Assembly (NCBI GenBank): GCA_029942545.1
Contig: GCA_029942545.1_4114.1
Length of the DNA stretch: 64,000 nucleotides
Source of the DNA: a phage
Strand: one strand, 5' to 3'
Shown here: piece by piece, positions 54,814-63,901 of the stretch
Position numbering within the stretch: position 1 is the stretch's first letter
Layout of the letters: each line of letters opens with the position of its first letter
Made by a program: the position numbers and the translations under genes
The notes under the pieces: model-generated
What the model was told of the DNA's origin: nothing
Databases searched by the model: none
The model's input: only the letters and a program-made list of their open reading frames with translations

Positions 54814-55078
54814 AGTACTTATTGCTGAAACAATGAAGATGATTTACAATATCACGTCAGCACAGAATATGCCCTATCCAACTAAGTCTTTATTGAGGAC
54901 TGTGTATCTGGGGATAGTACAGGAGTACTACAAATCCAAGCACAGAAGCATTATTAGTGTTTATCGTGATTATGAAAGGATTCGTATTTTATTCTGGAAC
55001 AAGAATCGAGTACGTTCTGAATGTGACCTAGTGGACTTTAAATTAGAGAATCTTTATTGCTATAAACAGGGACAATAG
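54800..55078 (+). CDS. hypothetical protein (92 aa)
   Basis: ATG 54800 after TAAGGA; track start 54782 is GTG. Confidence 0.5.
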   Translation: MRTNEVLIAETMKMIYNITSAQNMPYPTKSLLRTVYLGIVQEYYKSKHRSIISVYRDYERIRILFWNKNRVRSECDLVDFKLENLYCYKQGQ

Positions 55079-55136
55079 TTTAATTCATGATATAATAATG
55101 GGTAAGGAACAATAATTAACACAAGGAGTGTGTGAA

Positions 55137-55865
55137 ATGCTTGACCGTATCCGTTTCGCTACAGAGATGGCGAATGAATTAAACATGGCAAATTTCCAAA
55201 TGTTAACATCAGTAATGGCTGAACATGCATGTGCTTATTCTGTAAGTGGTGTGCAGTGTGGTCAGGAGAATATGTTAGCAGATGTTTATAGTGAAGTGCA
55301 AAGTAAGCAATATAGTGTAAAGACATATAAGGATAAGTTTGTTAGTCTTTATATGAACGAAGATATTGCCGAAGACCGTAAATTCACTGATTTTATTATT
55401 GAACGACGAGTATCAGGTGTATCTAATCCTAATGCATCAAGCGAGGAAGTTTTTGCAGAAGTACTGAAAGATATATACGAAAATGAATTAAAAAGTAAGA
55501 ATCATTACAATGTACGTGAAACTAACACAGTGCTCTTGGGATATGATGAAGACGAAGAATACTATTATTTTCGTATGACTGAAGTTCCTTTTGAATACAA
55601 ATCTCCATATACAACTACAGTGAAAGAATTTACTGAAAAAAGTAAAAACTTCATGAAGCATGAAGGAAATCGTTGTAGTATAAATGGTTATGACGAAAAT
55701 GGCATTCACATTTATGAATGGGTTCACCCAAATTGTCAGACATACACTCGTTGCTTGAAAAAACGTTATAATTTAGAAGAGCATGAATCATTCTATTTTA
55801 AAGTTAAGAAGCAAGGTTATACTCGCCCCGCCGATTCTGAATTGATGGGTATGATATATTTCTAA
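55137..55865 (+). CDS. hypothetical protein (242 aa)
   Basis: RBS AAGGAG 55123-55128 before ATG 55137; track start 55128 is GTG. Confidence 0.6.
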   Translation: MLDRIRFATEMANELNMANFQMLTSVMAEHACAYSVSGVQCGQENMLADVYSEVQSKQYSVKTYKDKFVSLYMNEDIAEDRKFTDFIIERRVSGVSNPNASSEEVFAEVLKDIYENELKSKNHYNVRETNTVLLGYDEDEEYYYFRMTEVPFEYKSPYTTTVKEFTEKSKNFMKHEGNRCSINGYDENGIHIYEWVHPNCQTYTRCLKKRYNLEEHESFYFKVKKQGYTRPADSELMGMIYF

Positions 55866-55875
55866 GGAAACTTCT

Positions 55876-56157
55876 ATGGATTTTTATCTACACACATGGA
55901 CATACGAACAATATATTACATTATATCTTGAAATTATTAACACAGAACCTAGGTGTGGTTGTAGGTTCGCAGATATCATAAAAGAGTATGCTGACGAGTT
56001 CGAGTTTGTGTATCTTGGGTCTGATATATTTGTAAAAAGTGTAGGTAAAACCGGACGAATCACTGATATAGATTACGACACTGTTAGTGTGAATTTCTAT
56101 GTTGATTTTCCTGATGCTGGCGTTGATGGTGTATATTGTCTTTATGAAATAATTTAA
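55876..56157 (+). CDS. hypothetical protein (93 aa)
   Basis: ORF track; RBS AAGGAAA; terminator follows. Confidence 0.55.
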   Translation: MDFYLHTWTYEQYITLYLEIINTEPRCGCRFADIIKEYADEFEFVYLGSDIFVKSVGKTGRITDIDYDTVSVNFYVDFPDAGVDGVYCLYEII

Positions 56158-56164
56158 ATTCTTA

Positions 56165-56188
56165 GGCCAGCGTTTGCTGGTCTTTTTT
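56165..56188 (+). terminator. intrinsic terminator
   Basis: GGCCAGC-GTTT-GCTGGTC followed by T6. Confidence 0.75.
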
Positions 56189-56201
56189 CGCAGGTACAAA
56201 G

Positions 56202-56504
56202 ATGTTCAGTATAGATTTAATTAACAGTACTATCAAAATGTTGGCTGATTTGGTGAGACAATCCAATGGAACTTTATATCCATCAATGTATAAAATGTTT
56301 GACCGATACATCAAGGATTGTAACATATCATTATATGGACTTGCTGTTGATATAGACGATTACTATGGAATTAATACTTCATATAAAACAGGAATTTTAA
56401 TTGGTATTAATATAAAGATGGGGTATTTACCTTATTACTGTATAGGATTACCAGATAATACTTTTGTAGAATATCCAGCCAGTACTATTAAATTAAGAGG
56501 ATAA
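56202..56504 (+). CDS. hypothetical protein (100 aa)
   Basis: ORF track. Confidence 0.5.
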   Translation: MFSIDLINSTIKMLADLVRQSNGTLYPSMYKMFDRYIKDCNISLYGLAVDIDDYYGINTSYKTGILIGINIKMGYLPYYCIGLPDNTFVEYPASTIKLRG

Positions 56505-56511
56505 AACTAAA

Positions 56512-57090
56512 ATGAATGTATTAGAATTAAGTACTAAGCTGATTAGTATGCGTAATGAGTGGTACGATTGGTTTTATAATGGTACTGATATGGATTTTTC
56601 AAAATATCCATTTATGGAATCAGGATGTGATGCAAGATACCGCTGGTTGAGCAAAGATTGTTCTGGTTTACATATTCTAGTTGACGATAGTGGTCAGGGA
56701 ATTATAAAAGATTTACTTCAAGTTGAACAACTCGTCCATGATAATTGGTGTGATAACGATCCATACCTTGGAAATATGATTTATGTAAGTGAAGATGATT
56801 GCATATTCGTTATCCAGCGTCATGGTAATTCTATGTTTTATGTAGCAGATAGCAGTACTCCAGAAGGTGCAGCAGCCGATGGACTTATGCCTAAGATTGA
56901 TATATTGGAATTTGGATTACCTGAGCACTTCCAGATTAGTACTTTATACGATATTCCACCACTTGAGTTCTTTGAAGAATTTAAATTGTACTACAATGAT
57001 CTTCAAAAATTGAGTACTGATCGACGCATTGAAATAACTGTTAAGTACATGGACGGAACGAAATTAACTGATACGGGGATAGAATTTTGA
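56512..57090 (+). CDS. family B paralog (outlying copy)
   Basis: motif LPEHFQISTLYD; RBS AAGAGG. Confidence 0.6.
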   Translation: MNVLELSTKLISMRNEWYDWFYNGTDMDFSKYPFMESGCDARYRWLSKDCSGLHILVDDSGQGIIKDLLQVEQLVHDNWCDNDPYLGNMIYVSEDDCIFVIQRHGNSMFYVADSSTPEGAAADGLMPKIDILEFGLPEHFQISTLYDIPPLEFFEEFKLYYNDLQKLSTDRRIEITVKYMDGTKLTDTGIEF

Positions 57091-57776
57091 TTAAAGATTT
57101 AGATAGAATTTTATATGTACTAAGGGGTGTAATTACATTACATCCACAAATCAATCGAATTGAAAGTACATTTCAGTTGGAGTCAAGAGAAACTCCATAT
57201 TCACATATATCAAATGTAGTTGGTTCACTCAGTACTGAAGACTCGTCTTACGATATTTGTGTATGTGAAGTACAACCAAGTTCGGATCTTGGATTTGCTA
57301 TTTTTGATAAAGATCAAAATCTCATTAGTATGTTTCAGTGCAATAATCCTTTTTGGAAAACATGCCTGTATCCAGAGTGGGCTATGCTTGATCCAACCAA
57401 GAGTACCATTAAAGTTTATGACTCTAAAAATGATGAAGTCGTTATTGATTTGGATGAGTCAATGTCAGAGGAAGAACACTTTCAGCTAATGATGATGCGT
57501 GCTATGCCGGAATACAATGCAATGATTAACACTGTGCAATACATTAAGGATACCATGCCAGCGTTGCGTACACATGAGTTTTGTCATCCGGTATTGTATG
57601 AACATCTAGATTTAGACTTCAGTACTATTAAATTTAAAGATAGTGTTAAAAAATATATTCAAGAGAATGTTAAATTTGATTTTATTAGTACTATGAACAA
57701 TAATCCAAAAACTAATTTTAGGCATCAGTACAATGAATCTTTGTCTAATGGACGTGATACCAGTTGGTGGAAATAA
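57087..57776 (+). CDS. family B paralog (outlying copy, TTG start?)
   Basis: motif SEEEHFQLMMMRA; only start candidate is TTG 57087 overlapping upstream stop. Confidence 0.5.
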   Translation: MIKDLDRILYVLRGVITLHPQINRIESTFQLESRETPYSHISNVVGSLSTEDSSYDICVCEVQPSSDLGFAIFDKDQNLISMFQCNNPFWKTCLYPEWAMLDPTKSTIKVYDSKNDEVVIDLDESMSEEEHFQLMMMRAMPEYNAMINTVQYIKDTMPALRTHEFCHPVLYEHLDLDFSTIKFKDSVKKYIQENVKFDFISTMNNNPKTNFRHQYNESLSNGRDTSWWK

Positions 57777-57777
57777 T

Positions 57778-58041
57778 ATGAATATTCAAGATAGATTACA
57801 ATTACTGTACACACTTGAACAGGCTGCTTATGATCTTGTTCGAAAAATCTCAGATGAACTACCTAAAGGAACTAAAGTTCGTGTACGTGAGATGAATTAT
57901 TTTTCTGGAGTAATTGAAGAACAAGTACTAACAGTGAATAAAGTAACATACTATGAATCTGAGTTGTCTATTCAGTGTGAATCTGATGATGGATTAATAT
58001 CATATTATGGAACTGATGTAGATATAGAGGTAATAAAATGA
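57778..58041 (+). CDS. family D small paralog (GK-x-V-R motif)
   Basis: LPKGTKVRVREMNYFSG; ATG 57778; track start 57733 is upstream. Confidence 0.5.
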   Translation: MNIQDRLQLLYTLEQAAYDLVRKISDELPKGTKVRVREMNYFSGVIEEQVLTVNKVTYYESELSIQCESDDGLISYYGTDVDIEVIK

Positions 58042-59180
58042 CCCTTTTGCAAATATATGAAGATTTAATGCACTTATGTAATACAAACGATGCATTCTTT
58101 TATGTGGATCATAAAAGTCCTGCTGGTGGCACGTATCGTGTATTCAGTTATCGTCTAGCATCATACACTGATTTCATGCAACCAAATGCGTTGGAAACCC
58201 GTGGCTCTATGTGGGAAATTGATGAAGAAGGTGAAATGATACGTTGTGCAGCACGTACAATGAAAAAGTTCTTCAATGCTTACGAGAATCCTGCTACAAT
58301 GTTCCCTGCTAACACCACATGCGATGACATTGCGGTAGTGATGCCTAAGTTGGATGGTTCGATTATCAGTACTTACCGTGATAATGATGGTGAGATTCGT
58401 TGTAAATCACATACTGCATTGTATTCTGACCATGCGATTAACAGTACTCGACTTATTAACGAGAACCAGAATTTGTATCAGTACATCGACGAAGCGGAAC
58501 GTTTAGGTTACACAGTTAATATGGAGTATACAAGCCCAGAGTACCGAATTGTATTACCATATCAGGTAGAACAACTGTTTGTACTGAACGTTCGTCATCG
58601 TGTGAGTGGTGAGTTGCTATGTGGTAAAGCACTACGTGATAAGTTTCCATGTCTTGCACAGTACAGTACTAATATGACTGGAAAAGATATTCATCACACT
58701 TTTCCGGTACGAAATACCTTCCGTGAAAGCGTGGAGGAAGTTCATAAAATGCTTGATATTGAGGGTTTTGTGTGCATCCTAAATAATGGGACAATGTGTA
58801 AAATAAAGACTGACTGGTACAGTTCATTACATCTTACAAAAGATAGTATTATTATTGATTCTCATTTATATGAAGCAGTATTAAATGGTTCAAGTGATGA
58901 TTTAAAACAATTGTTCAGTACTGATGAATATGCTATGCAAAAGATATTAAGAATGGAACAATTGGTATTTTCGTGCTATAATGCATTACAAGATGAAGTA
59001 GAAAGCTTCGTCAAGGAACACAAGCACTTGGAGCGAAAGGAATTCGCAATGAAGGTTCAGGAGTGTTTAACTAATGAACTGAATCGTCAGGGCTTGGCCT
59101 TTGCAATGTATAACAATAAGAAAGTTGATTACAAAGAGACTCTTATAAAATACATGAAAATTGTACTAAAGGATTTTTAG
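58038..59180 (+). CDS. rnlA: RNA ligase 1 (T4 RnlA-like)
   Basis: 380 aa; N-terminus and nucleotidyltransferase lysine motif VMPKLDGS align with T4 Rnl1 as recalled (from memory, no search); conserved C-terminal WYSSLH-like region. Confidence 0.85.
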   Translation: MTLLQIYEDLMHLCNTNDAFFYVDHKSPAGGTYRVFSYRLASYTDFMQPNALETRGSMWEIDEEGEMIRCAARTMKKFFNAYENPATMFPANTTCDDIAVVMPKLDGSIISTYRDNDGEIRCKSHTALYSDHAINSTRLINENQNLYQYIDEAERLGYTVNMEYTSPEYRIVLPYQVEQLFVLNVRHRVSGELLCGKALRDKFPCLAQYSTNMTGKDIHHTFPVRNTFRESVEEVHKMLDIEGFVCILNNGTMCKIKTDWYSSLHLTKDSIIIDSHLYEAVLNGSSDDLKQLFSTDEYAMQKILRMEQLVFSCYNALQDEVESFVKEHKHLERKEFAMKVQECLTNELNRQGLAFAMYNNKKVDYKETLIKYMKIVLKDF

Positions 59181-59210
59181 TACTATCTAGCCTAAGCACA
59201 AGGAGAAGTG

Positions 59211-59465
59211 ATGGCTAAACCTAAGTATAAAAATGACGGTTCCCTTTCTCCGACTGAGTTCAGGAAAATACAAGAAGAAATCGATGAATTACAGCACAAA
59301 CGCTCAATGAAAGGTGTGAAGATAAGTAAGAAACGAATCGAGAATACCTTCGGATGTAGTAGTACTGAATACAAGAAGAAAAGGAAACCAAAAGGTGTTA
59401 AGCCGAGAATACATGATGTAACTCGCTATACATCGAAACGTGAAAATAAATTTGACCCACTATAA
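59211..59465 (+). CDS. small basic protein (84 aa)
   Basis: RBS AAGGAG before ATG 59211; K/R-rich. Confidence 0.55.
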   Translation: MAKPKYKNDGSLSPTEFRKIQEEIDELQHKRSMKGVKISKKRIENTFGCSSTEYKKKRKPKGVKPRIHDVTRYTSKRENKFDPL

Positions 59466-59474
59466 GGAGTTCAT

Positions 59475-59711
59475 ATGAAAGTTGAAGTTCAGCATAGTAT
59501 TGTTCAGGATATGTCAGTAGTTAAATTTCTTTCCTTGAAAGATTATTTCAGATGTATCAAGTTCCTAGAAGAATCTCAATTACAGTGGACCCCATTAAAG
59601 TACAGTTCATCCAATGATACTGCTAGTATTCGTTGTGATGAATCTGTACTTGTGAAAATCTCCAAGCGATTTGGAGTTGGGAAATATAATGATAAACAAT
59701 GCACAAAGTAA
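59475..59711 (+). CDS. hypothetical protein (78 aa)
   Basis: ORF track; RBS AAGGAG. Confidence 0.55.
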   Translation: MKVEVQHSIVQDMSVVKFLSLKDYFRCIKFLEESQLQWTPLKYSSSNDTASIRCDESVLVKISKRFGVGKYNDKQCTK

Positions 59712-60000
59712 TTTACTATATATAAAGTCAGTAGAAGCTGAAATTAAAAATTCAGTACAAACTATCGTCGATGAAATGATTGACAAATACAAGAGCAATC
59801 TTATTGGGAAGAAAGTCAGATGTTGGGATTACACATTTAAACACTGGTACGATTCCGAGATTGTGAAAGTTGATGTGAATACTGATAGTAATGGTCTAAT
59901 TAATGGTATTGCGTATATTGGTGTTTTAATACGAAAGGGAACACCACAGGAATGGCTCACCTATCATAATATAGAGCATGTTAAATTTTTAGAGGATTAA
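59689..60000 (+). CDS. family D small paralog
   Basis: LIGKKVRCWDYTFKHWYD; ATG 59689. Confidence 0.5.
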   Translation: MINNAQSNLLYIKSVEAEIKNSVQTIVDEMIDKYKSNLIGKKVRCWDYTFKHWYDSEIVKVDVNTDSNGLINGIAYIGVLIRKGTPQEWLTYHNIEHVKFLED

Positions 60001-60003
60001 AGG

Positions 60004-60936
60004 ATGCCAACTATCACACTAACAGTTGGATTGCCTGGGTGTGGTAAAACTACATGGGCAGTGCAAGAGATTAAAAAAGCCAAATCCAAGACTATCAACA
60101 TCAACCGTGATGATATTCGTGAATCTATGGCTGGGTCACATGATGCTTACAAATTCAACGATGCTAATGAGCAGTACGTAGATAATTTACAGTTCAGTGC
60201 AGCAAATTCAGCAGCAGAGAATGGTTGGAACATCATAGTATCCGATACAAACCTTAAACCACATTTCCGTAATCTCTGGAAAGTATGGGCTACAGATAAT
60301 GGTTATGATTACAAAGAAAAGAACTTCTATGATGATTTTGTACCTAATGAAGACCGTGGTGCAGATGTTCATGAATTCTTTAAGATTAAAGAGTTCGTAA
60401 AACTTTGTAAGAAATATAACCTCCAGCGTGAGCGTTCAGTACCAGATGATATCATTGACAAAATGGCAGATACGTACTATTATAGTAAAGCATTACACAT
60501 TGGTTACTATGGTAATTCACGCGAAGCTGCTATCATCGTTGATATCGATGGAACTCTTGCTCATAAATGGGGTCGTAATCCTTACGATGAAAGTACTGTT
60601 CTTCAGGATACACCTGATGAAGAAGTTATTTTGTCTATTATCGCTGAAGCAGTTTTTCATAAACGCAAGATTATCGTCATGAGTGGGCGTACTGAAGGGT
60701 GTCGTGCGGATACCGAACAGTGGCTTAAGAATTGGGGTGTTCCTTACGATGCATTGTTTATGCGAGATATCGATGATAAACGTCCTGATGATGTTGTAAA
60801 ATTCGACCTGTACATGAAAAATGTGGTTGATCATTACGATGTTAAAAAGGTATATGATGACCGCGATCAAGTTGTATTCATGTGGCGTAAGCTACTTGGG
60901 TTGAAAGTTTTCCAAGTGGCTGAAGGAAATTTCTAA
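60004..60936 (+). CDS. pnk: polynucleotide 5'-kinase / 3'-phosphatase (T4 Pnk-like)
   Basis: N-terminal P-loop GLPGCGKTT; C-terminal phosphatase motif VDIDGTLA (DxDGT); 310 aa; directly downstream of RNA ligase. Confidence 0.85.
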   Translation: MPTITLTVGLPGCGKTTWAVQEIKKAKSKTININRDDIRESMAGSHDAYKFNDANEQYVDNLQFSAANSAAENGWNIIVSDTNLKPHFRNLWKVWATDNGYDYKEKNFYDDFVPNEDRGADVHEFFKIKEFVKLCKKYNLQRERSVPDDIIDKMADTYYYSKALHIGYYGNSREAAIIVDIDGTLAHKWGRNPYDESTVLQDTPDEEVILSIIAEAVFHKRKIIVMSGRTEGCRADTEQWLKNWGVPYDALFMRDIDDKRPDDVVKFDLYMKNVVDHYDVKKVYDDRDQVVFMWRKLLGLKVFQVAEGNF

Positions 60937-60940
60937 TACA

Positions 60941-60967
60941 AAAGGGATCATATATTGGTCCCTTTTT
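60941..60967 (+). terminator. intrinsic terminator
   Basis: AAAGGGATCA-TATAT-TGGTCCCTTT with T-rich tail. Confidence 0.75.
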
Positions 60968-61003
60968 CTTTTAAGGTACATTATAGTGAATGTAACAACA
61001 CAG

Positions 61004-61162
61004 ATGTTATTACAAAAAGACTACTTAGAAAATATAGAACGATACTATAGATTGTCTTTGTATGAAAATAAGCATAAAAATTATAGTTTTGATAAACTAC
61101 TAAATTCCAGTACTGATGATTATCTATTTTCATCAATGTTTTATGTGAGAGGTTTATTATAA
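61004..61162 (+). CDS. small hypothetical protein (52 aa)
   Basis: ATG 61004; stop overlaps next start (TAATG); below track cutoff. Confidence 0.3.
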   Translation: MLLQKDYLENIERYYRLSLYENKHKNYSFDKLLNSSTDDYLFSSMFYVRGLL

Positions 61163-61422
61163 TGGATAAATTTCACACAGATATAACACAGATAGGTAAT
61201 CTTATCAATAGTCTAATTACTGATTTAGAAGAAAAGTACTTAGGTCGAAATGTATACGTAGAAATGTATGAAACATATGGTGTTATTGATATGATTTATT
61301 ACAGTGCATTGAAGTGTGAAATACGTTTAACAGTATGTTTGTTTGAAAAAAATACATTCAACAGAAGTACTGCAATTCGCCAAGTTGGAGTTGATGATAT
61401 AGAATTATACGAGGAACAATGA
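61162..61422 (+). CDS. family D small paralog
   Basis: LEEKYLGRNVYVEMYETYG. Confidence 0.5.
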   Translation: MDKFHTDITQIGNLINSLITDLEEKYLGRNVYVEMYETYGVIDMIYYSALKCEIRLTVCLFEKNTFNRSTAIRQVGVDDIELYEEQ

Positions 61423-61673
61423 TGTTTGAGCAGGACTTAGAGATATTCAAAAGTCATATTGATTACTTGACTATATTAGAAAATGATTTAACTACAAAGT
61501 ACAAAGGCATTCGTGTTCTGTGCTGGTATGATGATTGGGATTATAAACGTGAACTCACGATTGATCGAATTTATTTCAGTGACGGTGTACTAAATGTACA
61601 TGGTGTAAATGATTTTGGTCATTCATATACATATTCTAATAATGCTAAATTTAAAAGGATCTACAATGAATGA
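61419..61673 (+). CDS. family D small paralog
   Basis: LTTKYKGIRVLCWYDDWDY; ATGA overlap. Confidence 0.5.
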   Translation: MMFEQDLEIFKSHIDYLTILENDLTTKYKGIRVLCWYDDWDYKRELTIDRIYFSDGVLNVHGVNDFGHSYTYSNNAKFKRIYNE

Positions 61674-61968
61674 ATATTATCATAATTTATTCGATTACAT
61701 AAAACTAATAGATGATCTTTCTTTTGAATTTCTCAGTACTGAAAAAGTTCTTGAACCTCTCTATTATGATTGTATTAGTTCACTATGTTTAGATGAAAAA
61801 GAGATATTAGCAAACAACTTACCATCCACGGTCTGTACAATCAATGGTTCCAAGGCTTTAGTGTGCGAGGTTAATTTTCATAAATCACTTAATACAATTG
61901 TTTACAAGTTCGATAACACTTGGGTAAATCATGTAACCAGTAATATTAAATCTGTGAGATTTTTATGA
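61666..61968 (+). CDS. hypothetical protein (100 aa)
   Basis: ATG 61666 (MNEYYHNLF); track start 61609 is upstream. Confidence 0.5.
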   Translation: MNEYYHNLFDYIKLIDDLSFEFLSTEKVLEPLYYDCISSLCLDEKEILANNLPSTVCTINGSKALVCEVNFHKSLNTIVYKFDNTWVNHVTSNIKSVRFL

Positions 61969-62261
61969 ATATAAAAAAATTATTTGAACAAGTAAATTTA
62001 TTGTACTGGTGTTCAGACGGGTCAGATAAAGAAAATAGTGAAGCTTTTTTAGAATTATTCAGAAATGAAATACACATAATTAGAAGATACTTAATTGATA
62101 ATAAAACTGAAGTAAAAGTTAGATACCATAATGGTACTTTAAAGAATGGTGTAATTATTGGATTGATAGTTACACGAATGTCTAATAATATTAAAGTTGC
62201 AGTTAGATTAATGACTGATGATGGTGTCTACACAATAGAAGCTAGTGAGATTATATATTAA
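61965..62261 (+). CDS. family D-like small paralog
   Basis: NKTEVKVRYHNGTLKNGVIIG; ATGA overlap. Confidence 0.5.
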   Translation: MNIKKLFEQVNLLYWCSDGSDKENSEAFLELFRNEIHIIRRYLIDNKTEVKVRYHNGTLKNGVIIGLIVTRMSNNIKVAVRLMTDDGVYTIEASEIIY

Positions 62262-62567
62262 ATGGATATACAAACATTCAATAAACTTAAGTACTATGAT
62301 GATGGTTTTGCATTAATAATTAACGAACTTGATGGAATACCATACGAATATCATAATCAAGTAATGAAGATAATAAAATGTATATGTGAAGAATTAAAAA
62401 GTATATTTAAAAATGAATATGTTTATGATTTAGGTAATAATAGCAAAAAACTATACATAAAGAAATTCTGGGGAACGCATTGCGGTTTGATGGTCGATTT
62501 AGGTTTAAGTTTAGACGATAATTCTGAATCATGTTCATTATATATAGATGAAATGCGAATATCATGA
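62262..62567 (+). CDS. hypothetical protein (101 aa)
   Basis: ORF track. Confidence 0.5.
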   Translation: MDIQTFNKLKYYDDGFALIINELDGIPYEYHNQVMKIIKCICEELKSIFKNEYVYDLGNNSKKLYIKKFWGTHCGLMVDLGLSLDDNSESCSLYIDEMRIS

Positions 62568-62624
62568 GACGTATCAGAATTCGGTGATATAATTTGATTA
62601 CATCACCAATAGGGAGAAGTTGAA

Positions 62625-62951
62625 GTGAATGGTTCGTTTTTAACAATATTAGAAAAGACAACCGAGATGCTTTCTAGCTCGTTAATGCAGATTTTCAGTA
62701 CTAATAATTTATACAATACCCAGGTGTTAGATTCAATTAATAATAACTATGTGGTAAGTATATCTGATGAAATATGTCCATTTAACGCGTATTCAATTTA
62801 TAGTGTAGAAGAGTTTCATATATCCGAGATTCGATGTGGTTTTGGTGCTTGGTTAGTTCTAAATGAACGTTCAGGGTTGTCTTTATACATCGAAGAAGTT
62901 AGTAAATTTATATACAAAGGAGTAGAATATGTTAACCCCAATTATTCTTAG
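62625..62951 (+). CDS. hypothetical protein (108 aa), GTG start
   Basis: AGGGAG 62611-62616 is 8 nt before GTG 62625; the nearby ATG is out of frame. Confidence 0.5.
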   Translation: MNGSFLTILEKTTEMLSSSLMQIFSTNNLYNTQVLDSINNNYVVSISDEICPFNAYSIYSVEEFHISEIRCGFGAWLVLNERSGLSLYIEEVSKFIYKGVEYVNPNYS

Positions 62952-63570
62952 CAGTGCATATGTAATCGGTATTATTATTTCTGGTATGCTTGCATATAAC
63001 TATAACCGAAGTGTTCTAGGTTATGTAGTACTTGGTACAGTACTAAGTCCAGTGATTGCCATTGGTCTTCTTGTTATGCTAGGTGAGAAAAATACAAGCT
63101 TCTTTATTACTAAAGAACTTGATAAAATCACTCCAGCACCAGAAACAGTTATTCCAGAAGTTAAAGAAGAAGTTAAAGAAGAAGTTAAAGAAGTTGAAGT
63201 TCAAATGCAAGTTAAAGTGTATAATACACTTGAAGAAACTGATTCTAAAGTTGTAGTGAATGTAGTTCCAGTCGTTGAAGATGTGAAACCAAAAGCTCCT
63301 AAAGTACAGAAAAATACTAAAACTGCAAAGAAAGCTCGTTACACTAAAGGTAAGAACAAAGGTAAATCTAAGGATGAACCACAACTAGGTGTTCATGACC
63401 ATACTGCACAAATTGCAACGGCAGCGACCGCAGCAGCAATCGTAACATCACCAATCTACAACAATGATGATTACAGTGATTATAGCCGTCACAGCAGTTC
63501 TTCCTCTGATTCTTGTTCCTATGATAGCTCTAGTTCTGATTCAAGTTCATCGTCTGGAAGTTGTGATTAA
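62929..63570 (+). CDS. membrane protein with EVKEEVKEEVKEVEV repeat and Ser-rich C-terminal tail
   Basis: two N-terminal hydrophobic segments; low-complexity repeat; SSSSSDSCSYDSSSSDSSSSSGSCD tail; RBS AAAGGAG. Confidence 0.6.
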   Translation: MLTPIILSSAYVIGIIISGMLAYNYNRSVLGYVVLGTVLSPVIAIGLLVMLGEKNTSFFITKELDKITPAPETVIPEVKEEVKEEVKEVEVQMQVKVYNTLEETDSKVVVNVVPVVEDVKPKAPKVQKNTKTAKKARYTKGKNKGKSKDEPQLGVHDHTAQIATAATAAAIVTSPIYNNDDYSDYSRHSSSSSDSCSYDSSSSDSSSSSGSCD

Positions 63571-63899
63571 TGTCAATGAAACCACTAATTCAACATAATA
63601 TTTTTTATAGGTCATTATTCAAAATTCAAGATGATTTTTATCAGACGTTGAGTAATGATCTTATAGGTAAAACTGTACGATATTCGGAACAATACATCAA
63701 ACGTATGACAAGTGAGTATATTGACCCTGAATACGAATACGACATTGAACACATTAATCCCAATACTAGAATGAAAATCATTGAGATATTTAAGAATGGG
63801 AGAACTATAGGTGCTGAAATTGAGTACTTGAATTGTGATTGTTACATAGATACCGAGTTAAGTTTGGATTATCTTGTTTTAGTGGATGATGAGGAATAA
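63570..63899 (+). CDS. family D small paralog
   Basis: LIGKTVRYSEQY; ATGA overlap. Confidence 0.5.
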   Translation: MSMKPLIQHNIFYRSLFKIQDDFYQTLSNDLIGKTVRYSEQYIKRMTSEYIDPEYEYDIEHINPNTRMKIIEIFKNGRTIGAEIEYLNCDCYIDTELSLDYLVLVDDEE

Positions 63900-63901
63900 T
63901 T

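Noticed and set aside
1027-57776. 5' extensions of track ORFs (e.g. 1027, 1289, 6313, 6588, 7397, 8259, 9374, 10106, 11038, 16771, 17676, 21283, 24094, 25451, 32921, 33644, 37502, 53967, 57733)
   Set aside because: The track starts at the most upstream in-frame start codon (several are GTG/TTG), which often falls inside a promoter or leader hairpin; a downstream ATG with a properly spaced ribosome-binding site was preferred.
7494-60682. Plus-strand ORFs nested out of frame inside larger genes (7494-7682, 20065-20271, 28298-28543, 28786-28989, 34801-35007, 36035-36316, 38828-39016, 41631-41819, 46427-46642, 47483-47674, 57220-57489, 60428-60682)
   Set aside because: They sit in alternative frames of genes with homology or paralogy support (kinase-like protein, Pnk, family B members) and have no translation signals of their own.
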